This document shows, piece after piece, positions 19,791-30,089 of a DNA stretch of 64,000 nt. The notes under the pieces are model-generated. The model saw only the letters and a list, made by a program, of their open reading frames with translations, did not search any database and was not told where the DNA came from. The number at the start of each line of letters is the position of its first letter. Positions within the stretch are counted from its first letter, which is position 1. A program made the translations under genes and the position numbers. Origin of the DNA: Polyangiaceae bacterium (GTDB lineage: Bacteria > Myxococcota_A > Polyangia > Polyangiales > Polyangiaceae); assembly GCA_965222375.1 (NCBI GenBank), contig CBDCTZ010000009.1, positions 350,662-414,661 on the forward strand, in the 5' to 3' direction.

Positions 19791-20477
19791 GTGACGGCGT
19801 TGCCGACTGCGATACTGACCGACGACAACACGGGTTTCGCGAACACCACCTTCGACAAGTCTTCTGAAGTCGTCAACGTGGGCGGACAGCAGGTCAGGGT
19901 GGTGGGCGCTTGGAAGAAGATCGTCCAGGGAGGCACTGATCCGAACGGTCCGGCAAAGGCCGACGGCACGGGCGCGGAGTTTGCCGTGCACTTCAACGTG
20001 GCGACGCAAGCCGACAACCGGGGGCTGCTTCGACACGAAATGATTCACGGCCGGGGCGCTGTGGGGACCGGGCCATGGTTTTCTATGAGCAAGTCCAACG
20101 TGCTGTCTGGTCCCATGCCGGGGGATAGGAAGAAGCGGGACTTGTATGATCTGCAACTGGTCGATCTGAGCGGCAAGCTGCTTCATGCTGAATACGACGC
20201 CACGGATCAGACCTTCAAGGTACAGAACTACTCCATCGAAAAGAAGTACACGGACTGGACCGACGGCGACGCCGGATTGTTTTTTCGGGGCAAAGCCGCT
20301 GACGGCAAGACCAAGGACATGAGCCTGGGGACGTTTCCTGGCCCCAGCGGTGGCGCCCAGCTGCGCATGAACGAAGTCACGGAAGTCATGTCCGCGAGCA
20401 GTCATCCCACTTGGAATACCATTCAGGAACCGGATCGGCTGTTCTTCTGCGCCATGGGCTACAACCTGGCCAAGTAG
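19791..20477 (+). CDS. hypothetical protein (possibly 5'-truncated)
   Basis: 228-aa ORF with strong GC3 codon bias; no clear RBS or recognisable motif. Confidence 0.6.
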   Translation: MTALPTAILTDDNTGFANTTFDKSSEVVNVGGQQVRVVGAWKKIVQGGTDPNGPAKADGTGAEFAVHFNVATQADNRGLLRHEMIHGRGAVGTGPWFSMSKSNVLSGPMPGDRKKRDLYDLQLVDLSGKLLHAEYDATDQTFKVQNYSIEKKYTDWTDGDAGLFFRGKAADGKTKDMSLGTFPGPSGGAQLRMNEVTEVMSASSHPTWNTIQEPDRLFFCAMGYNLAK

Positions 20478-20534
20478 GAGTCGCTACCGACAGTCGGCAT
20501 CGGGCCGCGTCTCGCGTTCATCCGCCGAAGGGCC

Positions 20535-21125
20535 TCAGGCGGATAGGATTTCGCCTGTCGCGTTACCCTCCACCGCTGCAACGTAGAGCTTCGCGACCTC
20601 CATGGCGGGCATTCCCCCAGGGCCCCAACCGAACTTTTCCGCGGTCTCGCGGACGAGCGGCGGACTCACAGCGTTGATGCGCTGCCCATCGCGAAGCTGA
20701 AGAGCAGCCGAGCCGACGAAGCCATGTAGGCCAGCATTCACCGCTGAGATGATCGTGCTGCCGGGGTGGGGTCGGCTGGCGAGGATCCCGCTGGTGAGGG
20801 TGAAGGAACCGCCTCCGCTCACTGTCCTGCGTCCGAAGCGTACCAGGTTGATCTGACCTTGCAGCTTGCTGCCGAGGCTGAGCGCGTAGTCAGCGTCGCT
20901 GAGTTCATCCAGAGTGCCGAAGGCCGCTTCGCCGGCGGCACTGACTACGGCATCGATGCTGCCCACCTCGACAAAGAGCTTCTTGATGGACTCGGGATCT
21001 CCCAGATCCACCGTGTAGTCCCCTCGACTCTTGCCGACTCCAATCACCTGGTGGTTGGAAGCCAAGGCCTTTCCCACCGCACTGCCGATGGTTCCTCCTG
21101 CGCCAATCAATAGGATCTTCCTCAT
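20535..21125 (-). CDS. short-chain dehydrogenase
   Basis: IGAGGTIG, KLQGQINLVR, RINAVSP; RBS AGGAG. Confidence 0.9.
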   Translation of the reverse strand: MRKILLIGAGGTIGSAVGKALASNHQVIGVGKSRGDYTVDLGDPESIKKLFVEVGSIDAVVSAAGEAAFGTLDELSDADYALSLGSKLQGQINLVRFGRRTVSGGGSFTLTSGILASRPHPGSTIISAVNAGLHGFVGSAALQLRDGQRINAVSPPLVRETAEKFGWGPGGMPAMEVAKLYVAAVEGNATGEILSA

Positions 21126-21204
21126 CGTGGTCTCCTGCTTGGGTTCGGTTTCAATCTAGGTAGCGAAATGCATCAAGAAAACCCCGAATAAATTACTATT
21201 TATC

Positions 21205-21219
21205 ATCAAAATAGTTGAT
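21205..21219. promoter_or_regulatory. LysR-type T-N11-A operator
   Basis: ATCAA-AATAG-TTGAT dyad in the AT-rich gap between divergent SDR and LysR genes. Confidence 0.6.
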
Positions 21220-21229
21220 ATGTTGAGCC

Positions 21230-22189
21230 GTGGCAGACGAAGGATTCGGCGAAGCGTTGACCGTGGATCAACTGCGGGTGCTGGTGGCGGTTGTTGACAC
21301 AGGCACCTTCTCCGCGGCGGCCCGACAGCTGGGGCGAGCCCAAGGCGCCATCAGCTACAACATCGCGCAGCTCGAAGCCCAGCTCGAGCTCGACTTGTTC
21401 GAGCGATCCGGGCGGCGGCGCAAACTGACTGCGGCGGGGTCGGCGGTCGTGGACCACGCGCGGGCCGTGCTGGCGGAGGTGGACCGACTTCGTGCCAACG
21501 CTCGTGGAATGGGCGAGGGGCTCGAGGCGCAGTTGACCGTCGCTGTCGATGCTCTGTTCCCCATGTCCGTCGTCATTGACCTCGTTCGCGGTTTTCGCGA
21601 TGTCTACCCCGCGGTTCCTCTGTCGTTGCGCACGGGAGTACTCGGAGAGGTGCTCGACGAGTTGGAATCCGGGGCCGCCAGCGTCGGGATATCCGGCCTT
21701 TCGACGATTCCGCGACAGTTCGCTCAGCGACCGATTGGAGAGATCGAACTCGTTCCGGTTGTGGGTCCGCGACATCCCTTGGCACAACGACCTGGGGTCA
21801 TCAGCGATGCGGAACTCGCCCGGCACGTGCACATCGTGATCCGGGATCGCTCCACGCGGCCCGTCGGCGAGGCGACTGGCGGGCTCGACTCCAGCCGGAA
21901 CTGGAGTGTGGACGATTCTCATGCTCGCCACGCCCTCGTCCAAGCCGGTCTGGGTTGGTCACGGCTGCCGCTACACCAGATCCGCGCCGAGCTTTCGACC
22001 GGCGAACTCGTCGAAATCCGGCCTCGGCGCTGGGCGGGTCGCACCTTCGCGGCCGGGATGACTGCTCTGTACCGCAAGGGCGAGCCGCCCGGGCCCGCAG
22101 GCCGATGGTGGCTCGAGCAACTGGCAGCGACGGATCATGAAGATCTGTGCCTACGGACGCCAAAACGCTCCCGCCGCAAACCCCGCTGA
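21230..22189 (+). CDS. LysR-family transcriptional regulator
   Basis: GTFSAAARQLGRAQGAISYNIAQLE...LFER. Confidence 0.95.
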   Translation: MADEGFGEALTVDQLRVLVAVVDTGTFSAAARQLGRAQGAISYNIAQLEAQLELDLFERSGRRRKLTAAGSAVVDHARAVLAEVDRLRANARGMGEGLEAQLTVAVDALFPMSVVIDLVRGFRDVYPAVPLSLRTGVLGEVLDELESGAASVGISGLSTIPRQFAQRPIGEIELVPVVGPRHPLAQRPGVISDAELARHVHIVIRDRSTRPVGEATGGLDSSRNWSVDDSHARHALVQAGLGWSRLPLHQIRAELSTGELVEIRPRRWAGRTFAAGMTALYRKGEPPGPAGRWWLEQLAATDHEDLCLRTPKRSRRKPR

Positions 22190-22220
22190 TGTTGGGCGGG
22201 GGTCCGTTCACCAGTTTGGG

Positions 22221-22712
22221 TCATCGGGCGGGCTCGTAGCGCATGAACACGTGCCGACCGAACACAGCCGGGATCCAACGCTCCACGGGCTGGCGGAAGA
22301 CGAGCCAAAGCTTGTAGATCAGCAAGCTGAGCGGCAAGCGCCAGCGGGTCATCTTCCGGAAACCGAAGCGCGCGAAGTACTTGGGTTTCGCCGTACCAAG
22401 CCAAAGCAGCTCCACACCGTCCGCTGCGGCGACGTCCACCAGATCCTCGAGCAGCGCGCTGCCGATGCCCTTTCCCTGTTGGTCCGGCGCGACGGCTACG
22501 CCGAGGATCTCGGCCCTGCCCCGGGCGCGCCGAATGAGCGCTGCGCTGCCAATCACTCTGTGTTGCGCGCAGACGACACGAAACGAGCCGATGTCGGCCC
22601 GGATTTGGGCCCTGGACTGCTGGAACAGGGACGGGTCGCCGCGATTGGCGCGCAGCAGGCGACGAATGGCTTCAACATCGGCCTCAGTGGCGGTTCGGAT
22701 TGTCCAATTCAT
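22221..22712 (-). CDS. GNAT acetyltransferase (ArgA-like)
   Basis: AEILGVAVAPDQQGKGIGSALL, YFARFGF. Confidence 0.88.
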   Translation of the reverse strand: MNWTIRTATEADVEAIRRLLRANRGDPSLFQQSRAQIRADIGSFRVVCAQHRVIGSAALIRRARGRAEILGVAVAPDQQGKGIGSALLEDLVDVAAADGVELLWLGTAKPKYFARFGFRKMTRWRLPLSLLIYKLWLVFRQPVERWIPAVFGRHVFMRYEPAR

Positions 22713-22768
22713 GAGACCTAGAATGCGTCCCTTGCGCATCCAGATCGACTCGCGGCACGCTTGCTTCC

Positions 22769-23374
22769 ATGGCGTCGAGGCGACGGACAGAACCCCGGAA
22801 AATCCCTCGACAATCTCGTTCGAAGGCGATGGTCGCGGCGATCGTCGAGGCGGCGACTCGCATTTTGGCGAGCTCCGGCTTCGAGGAGACCAACGTGAAC
22901 CGCGTGGCGGAGCTGGCTGGTGTGAGTGTCGGCTCCCTCTACCAGTACTTTCCTTCGAAGGAAGCGCTCGTCGGCGCTGTCGCTCAGAAGCTCGGTGACG
23001 ACACCGCGGCCCTGGTCGCCGAGCGAATGCAGGCGTTGCAGGGTCTGCCACCCCGGGAAGCGATTCGCGGTGCGATTCGCTGCGTGCTCGAGGCCTATCG
23101 TATCAACCCGGCGCTGAGGCGTGTCATTCGCGAGCAAGTCCCCGAGGCCGTGCCGCACTTTGCAACTGCAGAGACGGATGACTTCCTGCGAAGTAGCATT
23201 CTGGACTACCTGGAGACGCACCGTGCCTGCCTCCGCCCAGACAACCTCGAATTAGCGATGAGGATCGCCTTCACCAGCGTGGAGGCAGTCTCAGAGCAAA
23301 CCACCGATGACGATGCGGAGGCGGTGCTCGTCGAATTGGCCGACATGCTCGAGCGCTACCTGTTGCAGGACTGA
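22769..23374 (+). CDS. TetR-family regulator
   Basis: RKIPRQSRS...VAELAGVSVGSLYQYFPSKEAL. Confidence 0.95.
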   Translation: MASRRRTEPRKIPRQSRSKAMVAAIVEAATRILASSGFEETNVNRVAELAGVSVGSLYQYFPSKEALVGAVAQKLGDDTAALVAERMQALQGLPPREAIRGAIRCVLEAYRINPALRRVIREQVPEAVPHFATAETDDFLRSSILDYLETHRACLRPDNLELAMRIAFTSVEAVSEQTTDDDAEAVLVELADMLERYLLQD

Positions 23375-23395
23375 CTCGAACTCGGGGAACCGCGT

Positions 23396-24169
23396 CTACC
23401 AGTCGATCGGCTCGCCATCTCGGAAAAAACCTCCCGAAGCGCTGCCTGCGGCGGTCGCGGCCCAGAGGATGCTCTTGGCTCCTTCGGAGACGCTGCGATC
23501 GGCTCCTGCGCCGCCCATGTCCGTCTGCACCCAACCCGGGCATACGGCGTTGACGGAAACGGACCTCTGCGCCAACTCCTTCGACAAGATGCGCGTGAAC
23601 GCGTTCATACCGACTTTGGAGACGCGATAGGCCGAGCTGGGCCAACCCTTGGACGCGTGCTCACCGCTTTGGACGTCCGAGATGAACTCTGTCATCAGTT
23701 GTTCCAAACGATCTCGAGACAGCCCAGGGTCTTCGAAGGCTCGCCGCCTTTGTGTAGACAAACAAGACAGCTGCCCCATGCCGCTGGAAACCATCACCAC
23801 GGTAGCGTCGGGCGCAAGCAGGGGCCCCAGGGCATCGCTGACCGCGACGGTACCGAAGAAGTTGATGTCGAGCGTATCTTTCGCGACGCCTGCGTCGAAA
23901 CCGTTCAGTGCGACGCCAGCGTTGTTGACCAAGAGGTCGAGACGGCCATAGCGCTGGCGTATCGTGTCCACGGCCTGCGCTAGACTCGCCTTGGCCGTGA
24001 CGTCGAGCTGCAGGTGCTCGACGCCGAGTTCGTTTGCCCCCCGGTCTGCAGCAGCCTCGTCTCGAGCGGTCAACACCACTCGATAGCCGCGGGCGGCTAG
24101 TTGACTGCAGGTCTCGAAGCCCAACCCGCGATTGGCGCCAGTCACCAATCCGATGCGATCTTCCACCAT
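23396..24169 (-). CDS. SDR oxidoreductase (carbonyl reductase-like)
   Basis: TGANRGLG, NNAG, YRVSK, VCPGWVQTDMGG. Confidence 0.93.
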   Translation of the reverse strand: MVEDRIGLVTGANRGLGFETCSQLAARGYRVVLTARDEAAADRGANELGVEHLQLDVTAKASLAQAVDTIRQRYGRLDLLVNNAGVALNGFDAGVAKDTLDINFFGTVAVSDALGPLLAPDATVVMVSSGMGQLSCLSTQRRRAFEDPGLSRDRLEQLMTEFISDVQSGEHASKGWPSSAYRVSKVGMNAFTRILSKELAQRSVSVNAVCPGWVQTDMGGAGADRSVSEGAKSILWAATAAGSASGGFFRDGEPIDW

Positions 24170-24355
24170 CTTCGGCCAATATCGAGGTTTGCGGGGTGCA
24201 AGGGTGAAATTGCTCGTCGCCCGAACGGTTCCTCTCGACGGCTACGCCACGTACTTTTTGTTGAATCGGCACGCAAGCATGGCGGGTCGCCGCGGGATGT
24301 GCACCCGGGCGCGACAGGGCTTCCAGACGAGCCCGCGGCGCCGCCCGACGAACTA

Positions 24356-24409
24356 CCCGACGCGCCCGACGCGCCCGACGCGCCCGACGCGCCCGACGTG
24401 CCTGACGTG
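24356..24409. repeat. 9-bp tandem repeat (CCCGACGCG) encoding GAS repeats in a probable lipoprotein-linker remnant on the minus strand
   Basis: At least four exact copies plus variants; reads GTSGASGASGASGASG. Confidence 0.7.
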
Positions 24410-24701
24410 CTCGCGTCGGTGCTGGAGCCACTCCCCCCGGTGCCGCCCGAGACCGCACCTCCGCTGGCGCTGAGGGATCCCCGCATTTATATGGCCATTC
24501 GACTGAGAGTCTGAAGGCCGGCAACGATGTCTCCTAACGCTGCCTTCAGGACGGTGGTCGAGAGCTTCGGGTGGAGACGCTGCTTCATCGCAAGCTTGCC
24601 CAGGAAGAAGGTTGAGAAAACGCTCCGGCGCCACCCCATTTGTGTGTCCTGAGCTCGATGCAGTGGTTCATCCATGAAAATTCAGGGATTTTGAACGATG
24701 G

Positions 24702-24732
24702 TTGACATGTTCCAAAGTTAGACTTAGTCTAA
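24702..24732 (+). promoter_or_regulatory. sigma70 promoter overlapped by a 7-1-7 operator
   Basis: TTGACA (24702-24707), 17 nt, TAGTCT (24725-24730); palindrome TTAGACT-T-AGTCTAA (24718-24732). Confidence 0.8.
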
Positions 24733-24737
24733 ATTTG

Positions 24738-25145
24738 GTGACGGACGAGGCCAGCTTGCTTTCGGATCATGGGATCCAACCTTCGGCTCAGCGGGTCGCC
24801 GTGGCGCAATACGTGTTGCATACCAAGGACCATCCGTCGGCGGACGAAGTGTGGAAGCGGGTCAAGAAGCGCTTCCCGATGGTGTCGCGCGCGACGGTGT
24901 ACAACACCCTCAACTTATTCGTCGAAAAGGGCCTGCTTCGCCAATTCGTTCTGACTGAGGGGCGCGTGGTGTTTGATCCCCACGTGGCTGATCATCACCA
25001 CTTTGTCGACGAGGACAGCGAAGAGATCTTCGATATTCCCTGGGACGCTCTGGACGTGTCCCGAATAGAGAAACTCAAAGGCTTCGACGTGCGCGAGTAC
25101 CAAGTCGTGCTGCGAGGCAAGAAGAAGGTTCGTGGCTCCGCCTAG
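24738..25145 (+). CDS. Fur-family regulator, PerR-like
   Basis: HPSADEV, VSRATVYNTL, HHHF; adjacent to catalase; GTG start inferred. Confidence 0.9.
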   Translation: MTDEASLLSDHGIQPSAQRVAVAQYVLHTKDHPSADEVWKRVKKRFPMVSRATVYNTLNLFVEKGLLRQFVLTEGRVVFDPHVADHHHFVDEDSEEIFDIPWDALDVSRIEKLKGFDVREYQVVLRGKKKVRGSA

Positions 25146-25172
25146 GCGGTGCCTTTTTTATTTGGCCGTAAG

Positions 25173-25204
25173 TTAGACAAAGTCTAAAAATAGACATTGT
25201 ATAA
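25173..25204. promoter_or_regulatory. tandem operator boxes upstream of catalase
   Basis: TTAGACAAAGTCTAA (25173-25187) and ATAGACATTGTATAA (25190-25204). Confidence 0.8.
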
Positions 25205-25218
25205 AAAGAGAGAAGAAA

Positions 25219-26679
25219 ATGAGCAAGCGACCCAATCTGACCACTGCCAACGGCGCTCCGATTGCTGACAACCAGAACAGCCTGACGGCCGGGCCCCGGG
25301 GGCCGCTCTTGGCGCAGGACTGGCAGCTATTCGAGAAACACGCCCACTTCAATCGAGAACGCATCGCCGAACGGGTCGTGCATGCCAAGGGCTCCGCTGC
25401 CTATGGCAGCTTGACCGTGACGAAGGACATCACGAAGTACACCAGCGCCAAGCTCTTTTCCGAAGTGGGAAAGAAGACGCGGTGCCTGCTGCGCTTCTCC
25501 ACTGTTGCTGGAGAGCGCGGTGCGGCGGATGCCGAGCGCGACGTGCGCGGCTTTGCCTTGAAGTTCTACACGGAAGAGGGCAACTGGGACTTGGTGGGCA
25601 ACAACACGCCAGTGTTCTTCATTCGGGACCCCTACAAGTTCCCGGATTTCGTCCACACCCAGAAGCGCGATCCTAGGACGAATCTTCGCAACCCCACGGC
25701 GATGTGGGACTTTTGGTCCCAGTCGCCGGAGAGCCTGCACCAGATCACGATTCTGTTTTCGGATCGCGGTCTGCCGCGGAGCTACCGCCACATCAACGGC
25801 TATGGTTCCCACACCTTCAGCTTCATCAGTTCGGAGGGCGAGCGATTCTGGGTGAAGTTCCACTTCAAGACCCAGCAAGGCATCGAGTGTCTGACCGAAA
25901 AGCAGGTGGCCGAGCTGATAGGCGCGGATCGGGAGAGCCACCAACGCGATCTGTATGAAGCCCTGGAACGTGGGGAGTTCCCGAAATGGACGATGTGCGT
26001 GCAGATCATGCCGGAGAAAGACGCTGACCGTACGCGCTACAACCCCTTCGATCTGACGAAGGTGTGGCCCCACGCGGACTATCCATTGATCGAAGTGGGC
26101 GTTCTCGAGCTCAACGAAAACCCCGAGAACTACCACGCTGAAGTCGAGCAGGCGGCGTTTTCACCCGGGAACGTGGTGCCCGGGATCTCCCACAGCCCCG
26201 ACAAGATGCTCCAGTTTCGAATTGTCTCCTACGCAGACGCGCAACGTTATCGCCTCGGCGTTAATCACGAATCCCTGCCTGTGAACAGGCCGCGCTGCCC
26301 GATGCACAACTACTATCGAGACGGTGCGATGCGTTTTGACGGAAATGGCGGTAGCAGTGTCAACTATGAGCCCAATACTCAGGGCGGTCCCGAGCAAGTG
26401 CCCGAGGCGAAGGAGCCAGCCTTGCGGATCCAGGGACCTGTGGTCGATCGCTTCGACCATCGCGAGGGCAATGACGACTATGGTCAAGCCGGCGCGCTGT
26501 ATCGGCTCATGAGTGCTGGGGAGCGGGAGCGGCTGACGAAGAACATCGCCGATGCGATGAGATCTGTGCCCCGCGAGATCCAGCAGCGGCAGTTGTGTCA
26601 CTTTTTCCAGGCGGACGCCGAATACGGCCGAGCGGTGGCACGGAATCTGGGGCTGCCTATCGATCCGCCAAAACGATAG
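25219..26679 (+). CDS. katA: monofunctional small-subunit heme catalase
   Basis: [43 protein letters not shown]. Confidence 0.96.
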   Translation: MSKRPNLTTANGAPIADNQNSLTAGPRGPLLAQDWQLFEKHAHFNRERIAERVVHAKGSAAYGSLTVTKDITKYTSAKLFSEVGKKTRCLLRFSTVAGERGAADAERDVRGFALKFYTEEGNWDLVGNNTPVFFIRDPYKFPDFVHTQKRDPRTNLRNPTAMWDFWSQSPESLHQITILFSDRGLPRSYRHINGYGSHTFSFISSEGERFWVKFHFKTQQGIECLTEKQVAELIGADRESHQRDLYEALERGEFPKWTMCVQIMPEKDADRTRYNPFDLTKVWPHADYPLIEVGVLELNENPENYHAEVEQAAFSPGNVVPGISHSPDKMLQFRIVSYADAQRYRLGVNHESLPVNRPRCPMHNYYRDGAMRFDGNGGSSVNYEPNTQGGPEQVPEAKEPALRIQGPVVDRFDHREGNDDYGQAGALYRLMSAGERERLTKNIADAMRSVPREIQQRQLCHFFQADAEYGRAVARNLGLPIDPPKR

Positions 26680-26810
26680 ACAGGACTCGGCCTGAGCCAC
26701 ATTGCGTGGCTCAGGCTACTCAGCTCTAGAATGCCGACTTCGCGGAGGAAGTCGGCCCGTTGAGCGGCAGCCGAGGGTTGTCGCGGGTTGAGTTCGCCCG
26801 TGGAGAAGAC

Positions 26811-27476
26811 ATGCACAACGAACATTGGCTGATCATTGGTGCTCTAGCGACCATGACGGCGCTGGGCTGCAGCTCCAGCGACGACGGTAGCTCTCCGGGG
26901 GGCGGTGGAGGCACCGCCGTTGGTGGGACGAGTGGCGGCGGCGGCACCGGAGCAACTGGCGGCACCGCATCCGGCGGCTCAGGAGCGAGCGGCGGCGCGT
27001 CGAGCGGCGGTGCTTCGTCAGGTGGTTCGGGAAACTCGGGAAGCATGGCCGACGAGATGCTCGCGGCGCACAACGAGGCTCGCGCCAATGTCAGCCCTCC
27101 CGCTACCCCACCCATGCCGCCGCTCACTTGGTCCCAGCAGGTGGCGGACACGGCGCAGGCCCACTCCAACAAGTGCAAGTTCCAGCACTCGAGCAACAAC
27201 CCCTACGGCGAGAACATCTTTGCCACCAGCGGCACGGCAACGCCAACTAGCGTAGTCGAGTCCTGGGTCAGCGAAGTGAAGGACTACAACTACGGAAGCA
27301 ACTCCTGCAGCAAGGTTTGCGGCCACTACACTCAGGTGGTGTGGGCCAAGACCACGCAGCTCGGTTGCGCCGTTGCGAAGTGCACCAAGAACTCGCCGCT
27401 GGGAGGCGGCGCCTGGGAGTTCTGGGTCTGCAACTACGACCCGCCGGGCAACTACAGCGGCCAGAAGCCGTACTGA
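26811..27476 (+). CDS. CAP/SCP (PR-1-like) domain lipoprotein
   Basis: Lipobox ALGC, Gly/Ser linker, HNEAR, GENI, GHYTQVVW, CNYDPPGN. Confidence 0.92.
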   Translation: MHNEHWLIIGALATMTALGCSSSDDGSSPGGGGGTAVGGTSGGGGTGATGGTASGGSGASGGASSGGASSGGSGNSGSMADEMLAAHNEARANVSPPATPPMPPLTWSQQVADTAQAHSNKCKFQHSSNNPYGENIFATSGTATPTSVVESWVSEVKDYNYGSNSCSKVCGHYTQVVWAKTTQLGCAVAKCTKNSPLGGGAWEFWVCNYDPPGNYSGQKPY

Positions 27477-27619
27477 ACGCCTTCGCCCCGAGGCCTCGAA
27501 CTCAGCGTCCTGGCGCCTCCGTCCTAGAAGTCTCCGAGGTCGTTACGGGATCGCAGTCGCCGGGCATTGCCATTTCGGGCCCTCGACTTATAAGCCAGGG
27601 ATGCGGGCGGAGGTTCGAG

Positions 27620-28279
27620 ATGGCGGCTGACGACAAGAATCGCTTCAAATACGATGGCAAGAAGGAAGACGTGTATTGGGATCGCCGGCTGTGCATTCAC
27701 ATCGGAGAATGCGGCCGGGCGGAGGGAGAGTTGTTCGTTGGCGGCCGCAAGCCCTGGTGCCAACCGGATCTCGTGGATACCAAAGACGTCGCCGAAGTCT
27801 GTGAGCGTTGCCCGACGGGCGCGCTGACCTACGACACCCGTGGTGCCGCGCCGAGTGAACAGCCTGCACCGGAAAACACGCTGACGGTGGCCAACCACGG
27901 ACCGCTTTACGTTCGAGGGGATTTGGAGATCGATGGCGCGCCGGACGACATGGATGGTGTACGTTTTCGGGCGGCGCTGTGTCGCTGCGGGGCGTCGAAG
28001 AACAAACCTTTTTGCGACAATAGCCATGAGAAGTCCGGCTTCAAAGACTACGGAGCGGTCGGGTCGAAGGGCGAGGCTCTGGAAGCGACGGGCGGTCCGC
28101 TAAGCATCAAGCGTGTTCCCAACGGCCCACTGTTGGTCAATGGCAACCTGGCGATCTGGTCTGCGAGCGGTCGCAGGGCCTGGACCGGAACCAAGGCTGC
28201 GCTTTGCCGCTGCGGACAATCCAAGAACAAACCCTTCTGCGATGGTGCTCACAAGGCGGCGGGCTTCACCGCGGACTGA
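27620..28279 (+). CDS. divergent 4Fe-4S domain plus two CDGSH iron-sulfur domains
   Basis: CIHIGEC...CPTGAL; LCRCGASKNKPFCDNSH; LCRCGQSKNKPFCDGAH. Confidence 0.9.
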   Translation: MAADDKNRFKYDGKKEDVYWDRRLCIHIGECGRAEGELFVGGRKPWCQPDLVDTKDVAEVCERCPTGALTYDTRGAAPSEQPAPENTLTVANHGPLYVRGDLEIDGAPDDMDGVRFRAALCRCGASKNKPFCDNSHEKSGFKDYGAVGSKGEALEATGGPLSIKRVPNGPLLVNGNLAIWSASGRRAWTGTKAALCRCGQSKNKPFCDGAHKAAGFTAD

Positions 28280-28297
28280 CGAGCGCCTCGTCCGAGC

Positions 28298-29989
28298 TCA
28301 GCCGGCTTTGTGTTCAATCTCCGGCGGCGCTAGAAAAAAGCCGTTCTTGTCCGGCGCGTTGTAGCGGTCGTAGTCGATGGCGAGGGGCGTGATCTTGGAC
28401 TTGCCGTCCTTGAAGTTCACGGTCATGGCCATGGGCTTGACGTCGCGGTAGCTGCTGTCTGCGGGCAGGTCGTCGTTGGTGGCGCCACCGGCGGAAAACA
28501 GCGTGATCAGTAGCTGATGCTCGTCGTCGTAAATGCGCCGAAAGCCCTCTTCGACTTTTTCGTGACCACGGACCAGCGTGTGGCAGCCGATGCGTTGTAG
28601 GAAGGCTTGGCATTGAAGGCGCCCGAAGGGGAAACGAGCAGATTGCTTTTGTAGCGAGGCTGGGATCACGTCGGCGCTTGAAGGGTCGCTCCACATCATT
28701 TCGAAGCGAATGTCCCAGTCGTTTAGGCTGGAGAGATCCTGGTACTTTTCTTTCATGGTGAGATCTCGCGGGATCCCGCCATGCACGAACATGAAGCGCT
28801 CGAAGAACAGCATGTTCGGCATGGAGTCGAACAGCTTCATGTAGTGGGCGAAGACATCGTGGGAGAGATGAGGCTTGAGGGTGTTCATGGCCTCGCTCGG
28901 CCGCACCGCGCCATAGACTTTGCCCTCATGCTCCACGTAGTACTCGTGGTTGCCGCGTAACAGGTAGACGTGATCCGGTGCCGTGACGAAGAGCTGCATG
29001 ACAGAGCGAAGAACGCCCTGATAGCTGAACATGCCGCGATCGATGTAGTCCCCCAGCAGCACTAGCTTGGGGTTTGGATTGGCCGCTGGGTTCTCGTGGT
29101 ACTTGCGGACCTTTTCGAAGAAGTCCGTTTGCATCAGCACGGCCTTGAGGCAGCTGTAGCAACCATGCAGATCTCCCAGCACGATGAGCTCGTACTCTTC
29201 GCCGGGCCGGGTGGGGCAGACATAGACGTGTCCGTCGAGAAAGGGCTCTCGGCCGGCGAAATCGAGGACGCTCTGCGCTCCCGCTAGCTTCTGCTGGGCC
29301 TGCGCCCGCTGGGCATCCAGGGTGGCCATCACCTTGTCCATCAGATCGGCGTCGGCTTTGACCTGTTTCATCAGGAGTTTGGGGTTGGCGGTGTAGTTAT
29401 GTTCGAACTGGTTGAAGAAGGGGTGGTTTTCCGTAGCCGGCACGGGAGCCGCGTGCTCTTGGATCGACACGGGCGGCTTCTGGCCATCGTCGTCGATGAG
29501 CTGAACCCCCAAGTCCTCCTCCAAGAGATCTGCGAGCTCTCCGCGCAGCTTGGCTTCAGCGGGGTGTACCTGGCCATCGGCGTGAATCAGCTCGTCGATG
29601 GTATCCATCAACTGCTCTTGGTCTTTCGTGCCGAAGCTGTTGAAGATCTCGAAGCAGCGCAGCTTGAGCTTGGCGTGTACGAAGTCGTCCTGGTTTTCTC
29701 CCTCGGCAACGGCTTCGTCGAAGAGTTCCTGAACTTGGTGTTTGATGCTTTCGAAGACTTCGTGGAAGTGCGTAACGAACTTCACCGTCAACTCCTGGCG
29801 AAGCTGGGTCTCGCTCAGGTCGATGGCGCCGTCGACTCGGTGTTTCACCAAATTGGCAACATAGGTTTTGACGAAGGCTTGTTCGCTTGCGTCGAAGTCA
29901 CCGTCGATGTGCCCGAAAGTGGTCAGATAGAAGATGATCGCCTGCATTTGGCGATCCGCGGTCGGGCCGTCGTCGCTGAAGGTGAGCAT
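28298..29989 (-). CDS. PPP-family Ser/Thr phosphatase with TerB-like N-terminal domain
   Basis: GDLHG, GDYIDRG, RGNHE, HGG, WSDP, RGHE, ITLFSA; N-terminal IDGDFDASE and ADGQVHPAE motifs. Confidence 0.85.
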   Translation of the reverse strand: MLTFSDDGPTADRQMQAIIFYLTTFGHIDGDFDASEQAFVKTYVANLVKHRVDGAIDLSETQLRQELTVKFVTHFHEVFESIKHQVQELFDEAVAEGENQDDFVHAKLKLRCFEIFNSFGTKDQEQLMDTIDELIHADGQVHPAEAKLRGELADLLEEDLGVQLIDDDGQKPPVSIQEHAAPVPATENHPFFNQFEHNYTANPKLLMKQVKADADLMDKVMATLDAQRAQAQQKLAGAQSVLDFAGREPFLDGHVYVCPTRPGEEYELIVLGDLHGCYSCLKAVLMQTDFFEKVRKYHENPAANPNPKLVLLGDYIDRGMFSYQGVLRSVMQLFVTAPDHVYLLRGNHEYYVEHEGKVYGAVRPSEAMNTLKPHLSHDVFAHYMKLFDSMPNMLFFERFMFVHGGIPRDLTMKEKYQDLSSLNDWDIRFEMMWSDPSSADVIPASLQKQSARFPFGRLQCQAFLQRIGCHTLVRGHEKVEEGFRRIYDDEHQLLITLFSAGGATNDDLPADSSYRDVKPMAMTVNFKDGKSKITPLAIDYDRYNAPDKNGFFLAPPEIEHKAG

Positions 29990-30089
29990 GGGCGGCGAGG
30001 GTAAACGGGCGCGCGGCTGTCGCCAAGGGGTGGGCAGTCGGCACGCGATGTGGATGGTGGCGTGGCAGAAAGACGCTCAGTTGTCGGGC

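Noticed and set aside
24142..24486. Intact Gly/Ser-rich CDS
   Set aside because: No signal peptide or head domain; looks like an orphan linker remnant.
27480..27619. PerR-type box upstream of the CDGSH gene
   Set aside because: No TTAGAC-N3-GTCTAA match was found, so regulon membership is unsupported.
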